From: Acidimicrobiia bacterium
Lineage (GTDB): Bacteria; Actinomycetota; Acidimicrobiia; Spongiisociales; SHLN01
NCBI GenBank assembly: GCA_041619515.1
Contig: JBFKDW010000025.1
Span: 1 to 35,329 of the forward strand
Length of the DNA: 35,329 nt
Direction of reading: 5' to 3'
Part shown: one piece after another, positions 17,826 through 28,000 of the stretch
How positions within the stretch are numbered: the stretch's first letter is position 1
Layout: every line of letters begins with the position of its first letter
Translations under genes and position numbers: made by a program
The notes under the pieces: generated by a model
The model's database searches: none
The model's input: the letters and a program-made list of their open reading frames with translations, nothing else
Told to the model about the DNA's origin: nothing

Positions 17826-18064
17826 TCGAAAACCTCGATCTCGTAGTCTTCCATCACCGGGTTGGCGAGCATCTTGTCGCACATTCCGCGTACCGCCGAG
17901 AGCACGTACTCGCGGTCGCGCCCGGGAAGCGACACTTCGATCGTCCGGTTGACGCGCACCGTCCCCACCTCGCCGTATCCGAGGTCGGACAGTGCGCGTG
18001 CAATCGTCGCCCCCTCCGGATCGGCGATGTCGCTTCGCCGGGTGATCGTGACCACCGCTCTCAC
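17822..18064 (-). CDS. purS: FGAM synthase subunit PurS
   Basis: 80 aa, IADPEGATI and MCDKMLANPVMEDY; GTG start overlapping purC stop. Confidence 0.96.
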   Translation of the reverse strand: MRAVVTITRRSDIADPEGATIARALSDLGYGEVGTVRVNRTIEVSLPGRDREYVLSAVRGMCDKMLANPVMEDYEIEVFD

Positions 18065-18936
18065 TGCCGCTCCGGCCAGGTGGGGAAGGTTCGGCCGGTG
18101 ATCAACTCGTAGGCCTCGACATACCGCGCCCGCGTGCCGAGGCGAACCTCCTCCGGCATGGGCGGGGCCGGAGGGGAATGGTCCCATCCGGTCGAGTCGA
18201 GCCAATCGCGAACGTATTGCTTGTCGAACGACGGCAGCGACCCGCCCGGCTGGTAGGCATCGGCCGGCCAATAGCGGCTCGAATCGGGGGTCAGGACTTC
18301 GTCGATGAGCACGAGGTCGCCGCCCGCCCACCCGAACTCGAACTTGGTGTCTGCCAGCAGGACGCCGCGGGCGGCAGCCGCCTCCGCGGCCTGTACGTAG
18401 AGGTCGATGGAGAGCGATGCCAGCCGGTTGTAGAGCTCGGCACCCACCAGGTTGCGTGCGCCCGCCGCAGTGAGATTCTCATCATGGCCGTCGACCGCTT
18501 TGGTGGCCGGCGTGAAGATCGGTTCGGTGAGCTTCTCGGCCATCTTGAGCCCGCTCGGCAGGTGCTCGGTGGTGGGGCCCCCGCCGGAGCTGTATTCGCG
18601 CCAGCTGCTCCCGTAGAGATACCCGCGCACGACGCACTCCATCGGAATGACCTCAGCGCGTCGCACGATCATGGCCCGGCCCTCCAGCCAGTTCTCGTCT
18701 GACTCGTCGAGGTCAAGGCTGGCCAGATCGGTGGTCAGGAAGTGGTTGGGCGTCTGGAGAAGGTCGAACCAGTGCAGGGAAAGGCCGGTCAGCACCCGAC
18801 CTTTGTCGGGAATCGTGTCCGGAAGGATGACGTCGTAGGCAGAGATTCGGTCGGTTGCCACGAACAGCAGGCGGTGTTCGTCGATCTCGTAGATCTCACG
18901 AACCTTGCCCGATGCGAGATGTGTCAGCGCCAACAC
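18061..18936 (-). CDS. purC: SAICAR synthetase
   Basis: SGKVREIY, ATDRISAYD, ECVVRGYL, FTPATKA, DTKFEFG, DEVLTPDSSRYW. Confidence 0.99.
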   Translation of the reverse strand: MLALTHLASGKVREIYEIDEHRLLFVATDRISAYDVILPDTIPDKGRVLTGLSLHWFDLLQTPNHFLTTDLASLDLDESDENWLEGRAMIVRRAEVIPMECVVRGYLYGSSWREYSSGGGPTTEHLPSGLKMAEKLTEPIFTPATKAVDGHDENLTAAGARNLVGAELYNRLASLSIDLYVQAAEAAAARGVLLADTKFEFGWAGGDLVLIDEVLTPDSSRYWPADAYQPGGSLPSFDKQYVRDWLDSTGWDHSPPAPPMPEEVRLGTRARYVEAYELITGRTFPTWPERQ

Positions 18937-18972
18937 GAGCGCGAGTGTAGGAGGGCTGCGTCGGGTGTTCGT

Positions 18973-19446
18973 CTATCCCCGATGCACCTCGCGAAAAGTC
19001 TCCGTAGCGAGCTCTTCCCGATAGGAGTTGAGCGCTTTGGTGAGGCTCTCGTCCGAAAGCGCCAGGATGGCGACGGCGAGAAGCGCCGCATTGGTGGCGC
19101 CATCGATGGCCACCGTGGCCACCGGAATGCCGGTCGGCATCTGCACCGTCGCAAGGAGGGCGTCGAGCCCGTCCAGGCTGGCGCTGAGCGGGACGCCGAT
19201 GACGGGAAGGGTGGTCCGGCCTGCCATCACCCCGGCCAGATGGGCTGCCTTGCCGGCGCCGGCAATGATGACCCCGACCCCGTCGGCCTCCGCCCCGTCT
19301 GCGTACGCGAGCGCCTTGTCGAGTGTCTTGTGGGCCGAAACCACCACGACATCGTGGGGGACCCCGAATCGCTCCAGCATCTCTGCCGCCTTGCCCATGA
19401 CCGGCAGGTCCTTTGCGGACCCCATCAGGACCGACACCTTCTTCAT
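18973..19446 (-). CDS. purE: N5-CAIR mutase / AIR carboxylase PurE
   Basis: VLMGSAKD, VSAHKT, IAGAGKAAHLAG, LPVIGVP, VQMPTGIPVATV. Confidence 0.98.
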   Translation of the reverse strand: MKKVSVLMGSAKDLPVMGKAAEMLERFGVPHDVVVVSAHKTLDKALAYADGAEADGVGVIIAGAGKAAHLAGVMAGRTTLPVIGVPLSASLDGLDALLATVQMPTGIPVATVAIDGATNAALLAVAILALSDESLTKALNSYREELATETFREVHRG

Positions 19447-20690
19447 ACCGCAATGTCCTTTCGATACTGCTTCCCTGCGAAATGTATGCGCGACGCCCGA
19501 TCGTAGGCGTGGTGCCGCGCCGAGCCCAGATCGTCGCCGAGGCCGACAACGCTGAGCACCCGGCCGCCGTTGGTGAGCGTCAGGTCATGGCGCCGCCCCG
19601 TGCCGGCGTGGAAGACGATCGAGTGGCTGTCGTCGTCTGCCAGACCGGTTATCTCGTCTCCGCGCACCGGTGAGCGCGGGTAGCCCTTGGCAGCCAGCAC
19701 GACGTTCACAGCCGAACCGCTCGACCACTCCACGTCGGCCGCGGCGGCTGAGCCGTCGACGCAGGCGATGATCAGCTCCAGCAGGTCCGTCTTCATCGTC
19801 GGGAGCAGCGCCTGGGTCTCGGGGTCTCCCAGCCGGCAATTGAACTCCAGCACTTTGGGGCCCACATCGGTCAGCATCAGCCCGACGTATATGAAGCCGA
19901 CATAGTGGACGCCGTCGTCGGCCAGCACGGCCAGCACCGGTTTGATCATCTGTTCGACCGTCGTCCTGACGAACTCGTCACCGAAACCGGGCACCGGGGT
20001 GAACGATCCCATGCCCCCGGTGTTGGGACCGCCGTCGCCGTCCTCGAGCCGTTTGTAATCGCGGGCCGGGCGCAAGCCGATGACGTCGCTGCCATCACAC
20101 AACCCGAAGACACTGATCTCCTCGCCGGCCAGGTGTTCCTCGATGACCACCCGGCTGCCGGCGGTGCCGAACCGCCCGGAGAAACAGTCGGCGACCCACG
20201 CCCGGGCCGCCGCCGGGTCTTCGGTTACCAGTACGCCCTTGCCGGCGGCCAGGCCGTCGGCCTTCACCACATAGGGCGCCTCGGACGACGTGAGGTAGTC
20301 GAGGGCCGTCTCGGCGTCGGTGAAGCTCTCCGAGCCGCCCGTCGGCACCCCCGCCCGGCCCATCATCTGCTTGGCGAAGGTCTTGGAGGTTTCGAGGCGG
20401 GCCGCTGCCTGTGCCGGGCCGAACACCGCCAGTGAAGCATCCGCCAGGGCATCGGCGACCCCGGCGGCCAGCGGAGCCTCCGGTCCGACCACCACCAGGT
20501 CAATCGACGCCGCCTTCGCCAGGTCGACGACTGCCCGGGGATCGGCAGGGTCGATGGATGCCGTGGCGCCGATTTTCGACAGCCCCGGATTGCCGGGAAC
20601 TGAGACGAGCGTTTCGAGGAGAGGGCTTTGCGCCAGCTTCCAGCCGATGGCGTGTTCGCGGCCGCCGCCGCCGAGGAGCATGATGTTCAC
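19443..20690 (-). CDS. purD: Phosphoribosylamine-glycine ligase
   Basis: GGGGREHA, VVGPEAPL, KADGLAAGKGV, GPNTGGMG, EFNCRLGDPETQ, GGRVL; start reassigned to GTG 20690. Confidence 0.99.
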   Translation of the reverse strand: MNIMLLGGGGREHAIGWKLAQSPLLETLVSVPGNPGLSKIGATASIDPADPRAVVDLAKAASIDLVVVGPEAPLAAGVADALADASLAVFGPAQAAARLETSKTFAKQMMGRAGVPTGGSESFTDAETALDYLTSSEAPYVVKADGLAAGKGVLVTEDPAAARAWVADCFSGRFGTAGSRVVIEEHLAGEEISVFGLCDGSDVIGLRPARDYKRLEDGDGGPNTGGMGSFTPVPGFGDEFVRTTVEQMIKPVLAVLADDGVHYVGFIYVGLMLTDVGPKVLEFNCRLGDPETQALLPTMKTDLLELIIACVDGSAAAADVEWSSGSAVNVVLAAKGYPRSPVRGDEITGLADDDSHSIVFHAGTGRRHDLTLTNGGRVLSVVGLGDDLGSARHHAYDRASRIHFAGKQYRKDIAV

Positions 20691-20794
20691 CGGGCGAGGA
20701 TAAACCAGGCGCCCAGGGCCGAGGTCCGAGCCGGCCCGGTATCCGGCCGACCCCGGTGCACGGCCCGCGATCGCGGTCCGGTAGCCTCGGGCTC

Positions 20795-21349
20795 GTGAAG
20801 TACCGCATGGAGCCGGCCGCCGACAACTTCGCCGACCTGGAAGACCTTTTCGGCTCGCGCGGCGGCTGGTCCGGATGCTGGTGCATGTGGAATCGGCAGA
20901 CGAACGCCGAGTTCGAGGCCAACAACTACGAGCCGAACCGCATGGCGTTGCAGGCGAAGCTGGCAGAGGGCCACGAGTTCGGAATCCTCGCCTACGAGGG
21001 TGATCTCGCAGTCGGCTGGGCGGCCCTCGCCCCGCGCGCCGAGTACGGGCGTTTGAGCCGCTCGCCGGTGACCAGGCCGGTTGACGACGCCGCGGTGTGG
21101 TCCGCTTCCTGTTTCGTCGTACGGAAATCACATCGCGGCCGGGGGGTGGCCAGCGCGCTCCTGGCGGGAGTGGAGGAACGGGCCCGGCAGCTGGGGGCAG
21201 AGGTCCTGGAGGGATACCCGGTGGTCCCCGACGGCAGGATGCACGACGCCGACGCCTGGCACGGTCTCGAGTCGATGTTCATCGCCGCCGGGTTCGAAGA
21301 GGTCGCCAGACGCAAACCGCGCCGGCCCATCTACCGCAAGACTCTATGA
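20795..21349 (+). CDS. GNAT family N-acetyltransferase
   Basis: CWCM motif, WSASCFVVRKSHRGRGVASALL acetyl-CoA motif A, LEGYP, FIAAGFEEV; start GTG 20795 inferred from -10 position. Confidence 0.92.
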   Translation: MKYRMEPAADNFADLEDLFGSRGGWSGCWCMWNRQTNAEFEANNYEPNRMALQAKLAEGHEFGILAYEGDLAVGWAALAPRAEYGRLSRSPVTRPVDDAAVWSASCFVVRKSHRGRGVASALLAGVEERARQLGAEVLEGYPVVPDGRMHDADAWHGLESMFIAAGFEEVARRKPRRPIYRKTL

Positions 21350-23265
21350 GCCGAACGCTGGCAGTAGACGTCGGAGGCACCTTCACCGACGTCGTCGCCT
21401 GGGATGGGCAGACATTGACGACCGCCAAGGTTGCGAGTACCCCCGGCGATCAGAGCCGGGGCGTCGTCGCCGGAGCGAGTGCCGTCGGGTCGGCCGCCGA
21501 CCGTTTTCTCCACGGCACCACCGTTGCCACCAATGCCCTCCTCGAACGCACCGGAGCTCGCACCGCGCTCGTCACCAGCGCCGGGTTCGAAGACGTCGTC
21601 GAGATCGGCCGGCAGGATCGTCCTTCGCTCTATGACCCGTCGGTGGGTAGGGCCGTTCCCCTGGTAGCACGCGATCTTCGGATTGCGCTGGACGTCCTCG
21701 ACGAAGCAGATCTTGCCGGGGTGGAGTCGGTTGCCGTCTCCTTGCTCTACGGCTATCGCGACGCCGCCTCAGAAGCGGCGGCGCGGGACGCCATTCGCGC
21801 CCGCTGGCCGCACATGTCGGTGTCCTTGTCCAGCGAGGTTGCGCCCGAGTTCCGGGAGTTCGAGCGTGCCTCGACCACGGTGCTCAACGCCTACGTGATG
21901 CCGGTCATGGCCCGGTATCTGACCCGGTTGGCTGCGGTGAGTCCCGGCGCCGGTCTCCCTGAGCAGATTCTCGTGATGCGGTCCTCGGGTGGTCTGATCT
22001 CTCCCGACCGTGCAGCCCGCCATCCGGCTTCGGCATTGCTGTCGGGACCGGCGGGAGGGGTGGTGGCTGCGACCGAGCTCGGCGGCGCCCTCGGCTACGA
22101 CCACCTCATCTCCTTCGACATGGGCGGGACGTCGACCGACGTGTGCCGGATAGATGCCGGGCGCCCCGAGCTGTCGTACGAGCGTGACATCGCCGGGTAT
22201 CCGTGCCGGCTCCCGTCTGTTGCCATCCACACCGTTGGGGCCGGCGGGGGCAGCGTGGGTTGGGTCGATCCGGGCGGGGCACTGCGGGTGGGCCCGCGCA
22301 GCGCGGGCGCCCGTCCCGGCCCTGCCGCTTACGGGCATGGTGGTGAGGAGCCGGCCGTCACCGATGCCAACATCCGCCTGGGCCGAATCGATCGGAGGGC
22401 GCGGTTTGGCAACGACCTCGTACTCCAGCCGGAGGCAGCCGGCGCCGCGCTCACCCGCCTCGGTGACCGTGTCGGCCTCGACTCCGGCGCGGCTGCCGCC
22501 GGGATGGTCGAGGTGGTCGAGGAAGTGATGACCGGCGCCCTGCGGCGGGTTTCGATAGAGCAGGGCGCAGACCCCCGCCGGGCTGCGCTGGTGGCCTTCG
22601 GCGGAGCAGGCGGTCTCCACGGGAGTGCCCTCGCCCGCCGGCTCGACATGGCCGGGATGCTCATTCCTCTCCACGCCGGCGTCTTCTCGGCGCTCGGGCT
22701 TCTGTTGAGCCCGCCCCGGCAGGATTGGTCTCATACCCTGATGACGACCGATGCTGCCGGGCTCGACTCCGAGCTGCAGGCCCTCGGCCGCCGGGCTGAA
22801 GAGCGGCTGCGCGCCGACGGCGTCGAGCCGATCGAAACCCGGACGGCGGTGGATGCCCGGTACGCAGGTCAATCCCACGAGCTGACCGTCGACTACGCCC
22901 CGGGGGAGGGCTGGGACACCCTCAGCAGGAGATTTCATCGTCTCCACGCCGAGCGCAATGGCTTCGACCGTCCGGAAGATGACGTCGAGGCGGTCACGGT
23001 CCGGGTGGAGGTGACCGGTCGCGCCGCCCTCAGCTGGTCGGAGCTCCCCGCGATCAGCCCGGCGGGACCACCCGGGCGGGGCACCCGCCAGGTCGTGACC
23101 GGAGGGTCGAGCATCCCGGCAGGCGTCTGGTGGCGCCCCGGCCTGCGCCCGGGAGCGGAGGTGGTCGGCCCTGCGGTCATCGAGGAGCCGGAGGCGACGA
23201 CGTTCCTGCAGGTCGGCGAGCGGGCGATTGTCCACGACAGCGGTGCCCTGGTGGTGGAGTGGTGA
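21346..23265 (+). CDS. Hydantoinase/5-oxoprolinase family subunit A
   Basis: VDVGGTFTD, HGTTVATNALLER, FREFERASTT, LSGPAGG, DMGGTSTD, GAGGGS, FGGAGGLH; ATGA overlap with GNAT stop. Confidence 0.96.
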   Translation: MSRTLAVDVGGTFTDVVAWDGQTLTTAKVASTPGDQSRGVVAGASAVGSAADRFLHGTTVATNALLERTGARTALVTSAGFEDVVEIGRQDRPSLYDPSVGRAVPLVARDLRIALDVLDEADLAGVESVAVSLLYGYRDAASEAAARDAIRARWPHMSVSLSSEVAPEFREFERASTTVLNAYVMPVMARYLTRLAAVSPGAGLPEQILVMRSSGGLISPDRAARHPASALLSGPAGGVVAATELGGALGYDHLISFDMGGTSTDVCRIDAGRPELSYERDIAGYPCRLPSVAIHTVGAGGGSVGWVDPGGALRVGPRSAGARPGPAAYGHGGEEPAVTDANIRLGRIDRRARFGNDLVLQPEAAGAALTRLGDRVGLDSGAAAAGMVEVVEEVMTGALRRVSIEQGADPRRAALVAFGGAGGLHGSALARRLDMAGMLIPLHAGVFSALGLLLSPPRQDWSHTLMTTDAAGLDSELQALGRRAEERLRADGVEPIETRTAVDARYAGQSHELTVDYAPGEGWDTLSRRFHRLHAERNGFDRPEDDVEAVTVRVEVTGRAALSWSELPAISPAGPPGRGTRQVVTGGSSIPAGVWWRPGLRPGAEVVGPAVIEEPEATTFLQVGERAIVHDSGALVVEW

Positions 23266-24809
23266 CCGCCGACCCGATCACCCTCGAGGTAAACCGCAAC
23301 CGGTTGGCTCAGATCGCCGACGAGATGGGCGTCGTGCTGCGGCGCACCGCCTACTCGCCGAACATCAAGGAGCGGGCCGACTGTTCGGCGGCGGTGTTTG
23401 TCTCCTCGGGCGAGATGCTGGCTCAAGCAGAGCACATCCCGGTGCATCTCGGCTCGATGCCGGCGTCGGTGGCTGCCGTGCTGGATTGCTTCGGCACCGA
23501 CATCGAGCCCGGTGCCCAGTACGCCGTCAACGATCCGTTCGCCGGAGGGACCCACCTGAACGACCTCACCCTGGTGCGGCCCGTTTTTTCCGGCGGGGCC
23601 CTCGTGGCCTGGGTGGCCAACCGCGCCCACCACGCCGATGTAGGTGGGGAAGCTCCGGGATCGATGCCGGCCCATGCGTCGACCATCGACCAGGAAGGCC
23701 ACCGGGTGGCGCCGATGCGGGCGGTCGAGGCGGGCGAGTGGCTGGCGGATTTCATCGAACCGTTTCTCGAGGCCACCAGGACTCCGGCCGAGCGTCTCGG
23801 CGACCTGTCGGCCCAGCTGGGAGCCAACGAGGCCGGTGCCCGGCGTGTGCTGAGCCTGGCGGAGGCCGGGGGCGGGGCCGGCACGTTCGCCACCGTCACT
23901 GCGGCGCTGCTCGATTACGGCGAGCGGCGAATGCGGGCCGCTCTACTCAGCCTGCCGGACGGGATATACCGCTTCACGGACTTCATGGAGGCAGACCCGG
24001 GTCTGGTGCCGATTCGGGTCGCGATCACCATCGATGGCGACCGTCTTCACGCCGACTTCACCGGATCGGCGGCCCAGGTCGCCGGCAACATCAATGCGGT
24101 TGAAGCAGTTACCCGCTCTTGTCTCTACTACGCAGTCCGGGTGGCCACCGACCCCACCATCCCCGCCAATGGGGGCTGCTACCGGCCTCTCACGCTGACG
24201 GCACCGGCCGGATCCATCGTCAACGCCAACCCACCGGCCGCGGTTGCAGCCGGGAATGTGGAGACCAGCCAGCGGATTGCCGATGTCCTGCTCGGCGCCC
24301 TGGCGGAGGCCGCCCCGGGCCGGGTGCCCGCAGCCGGGCAGGGAACGATGAACAACATCTTGATCGGCAACGACGATTTCGCCTACTACGAGACTCTGGC
24401 CGGCGGCCAGGGCGGCCACCCCGGCGGGCCGGGCCAGTCGGGAATCCACACCGGCATGACGAACACGAAGAACACCCCCATCGAGTCGCTGGAGTCGCAT
24501 TATCCGCTGCGCGTGCTCCGCTACGCGCTGCGCCGGGGAAGCGGCGGACCGGGCCGGCATCCCGGTGGCGAGGGCATCGATCGGGAGATCGAGTTCGAGG
24601 CCGCGGCAACGCTGTCGTTGATGGGAGAGCGTCGCATCCTTCCTCCCTGGGGCCTGGCCGGCGGCCGCCCCGGCAAGCAGGGAGAGGACTGGCTGATCCG
24701 CAAGGGGGGGTCGCCTGAACGCCTCCCCGGCAAGGTCACCGTCGAGGTCGGGCCGGGGGACCGGCTTCTCGTCAGAACCCCGGGCGGTGGTGGCTGGGGC
24801 CGGGAGTGA
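23262..24809 (+). CDS. Hydantoinase/5-oxoprolinase family subunit B
   Basis: RTAYSPNIKERADCS, HIPVHLGSM, NDPFAGGTHLND, RAHHADVGG, GQGTMNN, TPGGGGWG; GTGA overlap. Confidence 0.96.
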   Translation: MTADPITLEVNRNRLAQIADEMGVVLRRTAYSPNIKERADCSAAVFVSSGEMLAQAEHIPVHLGSMPASVAAVLDCFGTDIEPGAQYAVNDPFAGGTHLNDLTLVRPVFSGGALVAWVANRAHHADVGGEAPGSMPAHASTIDQEGHRVAPMRAVEAGEWLADFIEPFLEATRTPAERLGDLSAQLGANEAGARRVLSLAEAGGGAGTFATVTAALLDYGERRMRAALLSLPDGIYRFTDFMEADPGLVPIRVAITIDGDRLHADFTGSAAQVAGNINAVEAVTRSCLYYAVRVATDPTIPANGGCYRPLTLTAPAGSIVNANPPAAVAAGNVETSQRIADVLLGALAEAAPGRVPAAGQGTMNNILIGNDDFAYYETLAGGQGGHPGGPGQSGIHTGMTNTKNTPIESLESHYPLRVLRYALRRGSGGPGRHPGGEGIDREIEFEAAATLSLMGERRILPPWGLAGGRPGKQGEDWLIRKGGSPERLPGKVTVEVGPGDRLLVRTPGGGGWGRE

Positions 24810-24820
24810 TCCCTCCCGAT

Positions 24821-24840
24821 CCTCTCCCCTCAGGGAGGGG
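24821..24840 (+). terminator. Hairpin after hydantoinase B gene
   Basis: CCTCTCCC-CTCA-GGGAGGGG; no U-tract. Confidence 0.4.
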
Positions 24841-24897
24841 GTGCCACCGCCGCGGCGGGGGTGGTTCGAGCCCGTGCCATCACCTCGCAGGTATCGC

Positions 24898-24926
24898 TTG
24901 ACCCTCTCGCCCACGCACGGTATGTT
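24898..24926 (+). promoter_or_regulatory. Principal-sigma promoter P1 for rpoBC
   Basis: TTGACC-17 bp-TATGTT. Confidence 0.75.
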
Positions 24927-24994
24927 GCACGCAGGACAACTGAGCTGACTTCCCGACAGGTCGAGGTCTCCCTTAGCACGTGAGACGCGTAGGT

Positions 24995-25022
24995 TTGTTT
25001 ATCTTCGCACGTGTGATACGCT
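24995..25022 (+). promoter_or_regulatory. Possible second promoter P2 for rpoBC
   Basis: TTGTTT-16 bp-TACGCT with extended TGn immediately before the -10. Confidence 0.5.
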
Positions 25023-25066
25023 TGCCGTTCGCCGTCCCATGCCGCCCTTTTTAGGAGGAACCCGCC

Positions 25067-28000
25067 TTGGCCCCTGCGCGTGTCGCCCAGCGTTTGTCCT
25101 TTGCCAAGATCCCCGAAGTCCAGCCTCTTCCCGACCTGCTGGCCACCCAACACGAAAGCTTCAACTGGTTCCTGGAAACGGGCCTCCAGGAGCTGTTCGA
25201 TGAAGTATTTCCGATCGAAGACTTCACCGGCAGTCTCGCCCTCGATCTGACCGATCACTGGTTCGCAGATCCCACCCTCACCATCGAAGAGGCCAAAGAG
25301 CGCGATTCCAACTACTCGCGTCCTCTCTTCGTGACGGCCCGATTCATGAATCGCCAGACCGGCGAGATCAAAGAGCAGCAGGTGTTCCTGGGCGATTTCC
25401 CGATCATGACCGCCAACGGCACGTTCATCGTCAACGGCACCGAGCGCGTCGTCGTCAGCCAGCTGGTGCGCTCGCCAGGGGTGTACTTCGACCAGGTGGT
25501 CGACAAGACCTCGGACAAGGACCTCTACACCGCCAAAGTGATCCCGGGCCGCGGCGCCTGGCTGGAGTTCGACACCGACAAGAAGGACACGGTTGGAGTG
25601 CGGGTCGACCGCAAGCGCCGCCAGCTCGTCACCACCTTCTTGCGAGCCCTCGAGATCGGCGAGAGTGACGAAGAGATCCTCGAGCTCTTCGACGGCGCTC
25701 AGTCGATCAAGAACACGCTCGAGAAAGACACCACGCAAGACCGTGACGAGGCGCTGCTCGACTTGTACCGCAAGCTCCGTCCCGGCGAGCTGACGACGGT
25801 CGAGTCCGCCCGCGGCCTCATCAACACCCTGTTCTACAACCCGAAGCGCTACGACCTCACCCGGGTGGGGCGGTACAAGCTGTCGGGCAAGTTCGGCCGC
25901 AAGGTGCTCGACTCCAAGCAGTACGTGAGCGAGCAGCACGGCCTGCTCTCGCGCGACGACATGCTCGACACAATCCGCTACATCGTTGCCCTGCATGAGG
26001 GGCGCGAGGGCTACCGAACCGACGACATCGACCATTTCGGCAACCGGCGCATTCGCACCGTCGGTGAGCTCATCCAGAACCAGGTCCGGGTCGGCCTGAC
26101 CCGCCTCGAGCGTGTGGTTCGCGAGCGCATGACAACTCAGGATCCGGAGGTCATCACCCCGCAGAGCCTCATCAATATCCGCCCGGTGGTGGCGTCGATC
26201 AAGGAATTCTTCGGGACCAGCCAGTTGAGCCAGTTCATGGACCAGCCCAACCCACTGGCGGGGCTCACCCACCGCCGTCGCCTGTCGGCGCTCGGCCCCG
26301 GAGGTCTCTCCCGCGAGCGAGCCGGCTTCGAGGTCCGCGACGTCCATCCTTCCCATTACGGGCGGATGTGTCCCATCGAGACGCCGGAGGGTCCCAACAT
26401 CGGGCTGATCGGCTCGCTTGCCACCTACGCCAAGGTCAACCGCTTCGGGTTCATCGAGACGCCGTACCGGCGGGTCGACAAGGGCACGGTCACCAAGAAC
26501 GTCGAATACCTCACCGCTTCCGAGGAAGAGAGCTTTGTGATCGCCCAGGCGAACGCGCCGCTCAAGGAGAACGGGGACTTCGCCAACCCCAGGGTGCTGG
26601 TCCGCAAGACCGGCGGCGAGATCGACTACGTGAGCCCGAAAGAGGTCGATTACATGGACGTCTCTCCCAAGCAGATCGTCTCGGTTGCGACCGCCCTCAT
26701 CCCATTTCTCGAGCACGACGACGCCAACCGGGCCCTCATGGGATCGAACATGATGCGCCAGGCCGTGCCGCTTCTCAAAGCAGAGGCCCCGCTGGTCGGC
26801 ACCGGTGTCGAGCCCCGCGCCGCCTATGACTCCGGTGACATGGTCGTCGCCGAAGAGGCCGGTGAGGTGGTAGAGATCGACGGTGACCGCATCGTCGTCA
26901 AGGAAAGCTCCAACAATCGCAAGAAGACCTACCGGCTCAAGAAGTTCGAGCGGTCCAACCAGGGGACGAACCTGAACCAGAAGCCGCTCGTGTCAGAAGG
27001 CGACAGGGTCAAAGCGGGCGATGTGCTGGCGGACGGCCCCTCCACCGACGCAGGAGAGCTCGCCCTCGGCAAGAACCTGCTCGTGGCGTTCATGCCGTGG
27101 AAGGGACACAACTACGAGGATGCCATCGTCCTGTCCGAACGTCTCGTGAAGGACGATGTCCTCACCTCGATCCACATCGAGGAGTACGAGATCGAAGCCC
27201 GCGACACCAAGCTGGGTGCGGAAGAGATCACTCGCGACATTCCCAATGTCGCCGAAGAGGTGCTGCGCGACCTGGACGATGAAGGCATCATCCGGGTGGG
27301 CGCCGAGGTCGGCCCGGGCGACTACCTGGTCGGCAAGGTGACCCCGAAAGGTGAGACCGAGCTGACTCCTGAGGAGCGCCTGTTGCGGGCCATCTTCGGG
27401 GAGAAGGCGCGTGAGGTGCGCGACACCTCGCTCAAAATTCCCCACGGAGAAGGCGGCAAGGTCATCGACGTCAAGGTGTTCAGCCGTGACGCCGGCGACG
27501 ACTTGCCCCCCGGCATGAACGAGCTCGTCCGGGTGTACGTCGGCCAGCAGCGCAAGATCTCCGAGGGAGACAAGCTGGCCGGACGGCACGGCAACAAAGG
27601 CGTGATCGCCAAGATCCTTCCGGAGGAAGACATGCCCTTCCTGGCCGATGGGACCCCGGTGGACATCGTGCTGTCACCGCTCGGGGTTCCCTCGCGTATG
27701 AACCTCGGCCAGGTCCTGGAGACTCATCTCGGATGGGCGGCAGCGCAGGGTTGGCGGCCGTTCAAGGCCGGCAGCCCCGCCAGCGGTGGTGCGAGCGCCT
27801 GGCAGCGGGTGGCAACCCCGGTGTTCGATGGCGCACGCGAGGAGGAGATCGCCGAGCTGCTGCAGAACTCGCTCGAGAACAAAGACGGGTTGAGGCTGGT
27901 CGACGCCGACGGAAAGGCTCGTCTCATCGACGGGCGCGACGGCAAGGCCTTCGACCAGCCGGTCACGGTCGGCTACCTCTACGTGTTGAAGCTCCTCCAC

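Noticed and set aside
20761..20780. Palindrome CCGCGATCGCGG upstream of the GNAT -10 as an operator
   Set aside because: Almost all G/C, no matching copy seen at the other pur promoters; plausible by chance.
7186..23261. Long N-terminal extensions in the ORF track for purH, purF, purQ, purS, purD and hydantoinase A/B
   Set aside because: Extensions overlap neighbouring genes and are low-complexity Arg/Pro/Ser-rich; downstream starts fit stop/start coupling and family N-termini.
6524..25066. Genomic island or mobile element between rplL and rpoB
   Set aside because: Content is core metabolism, with no integrase, transposase, flanking direct repeats or evident composition shift.
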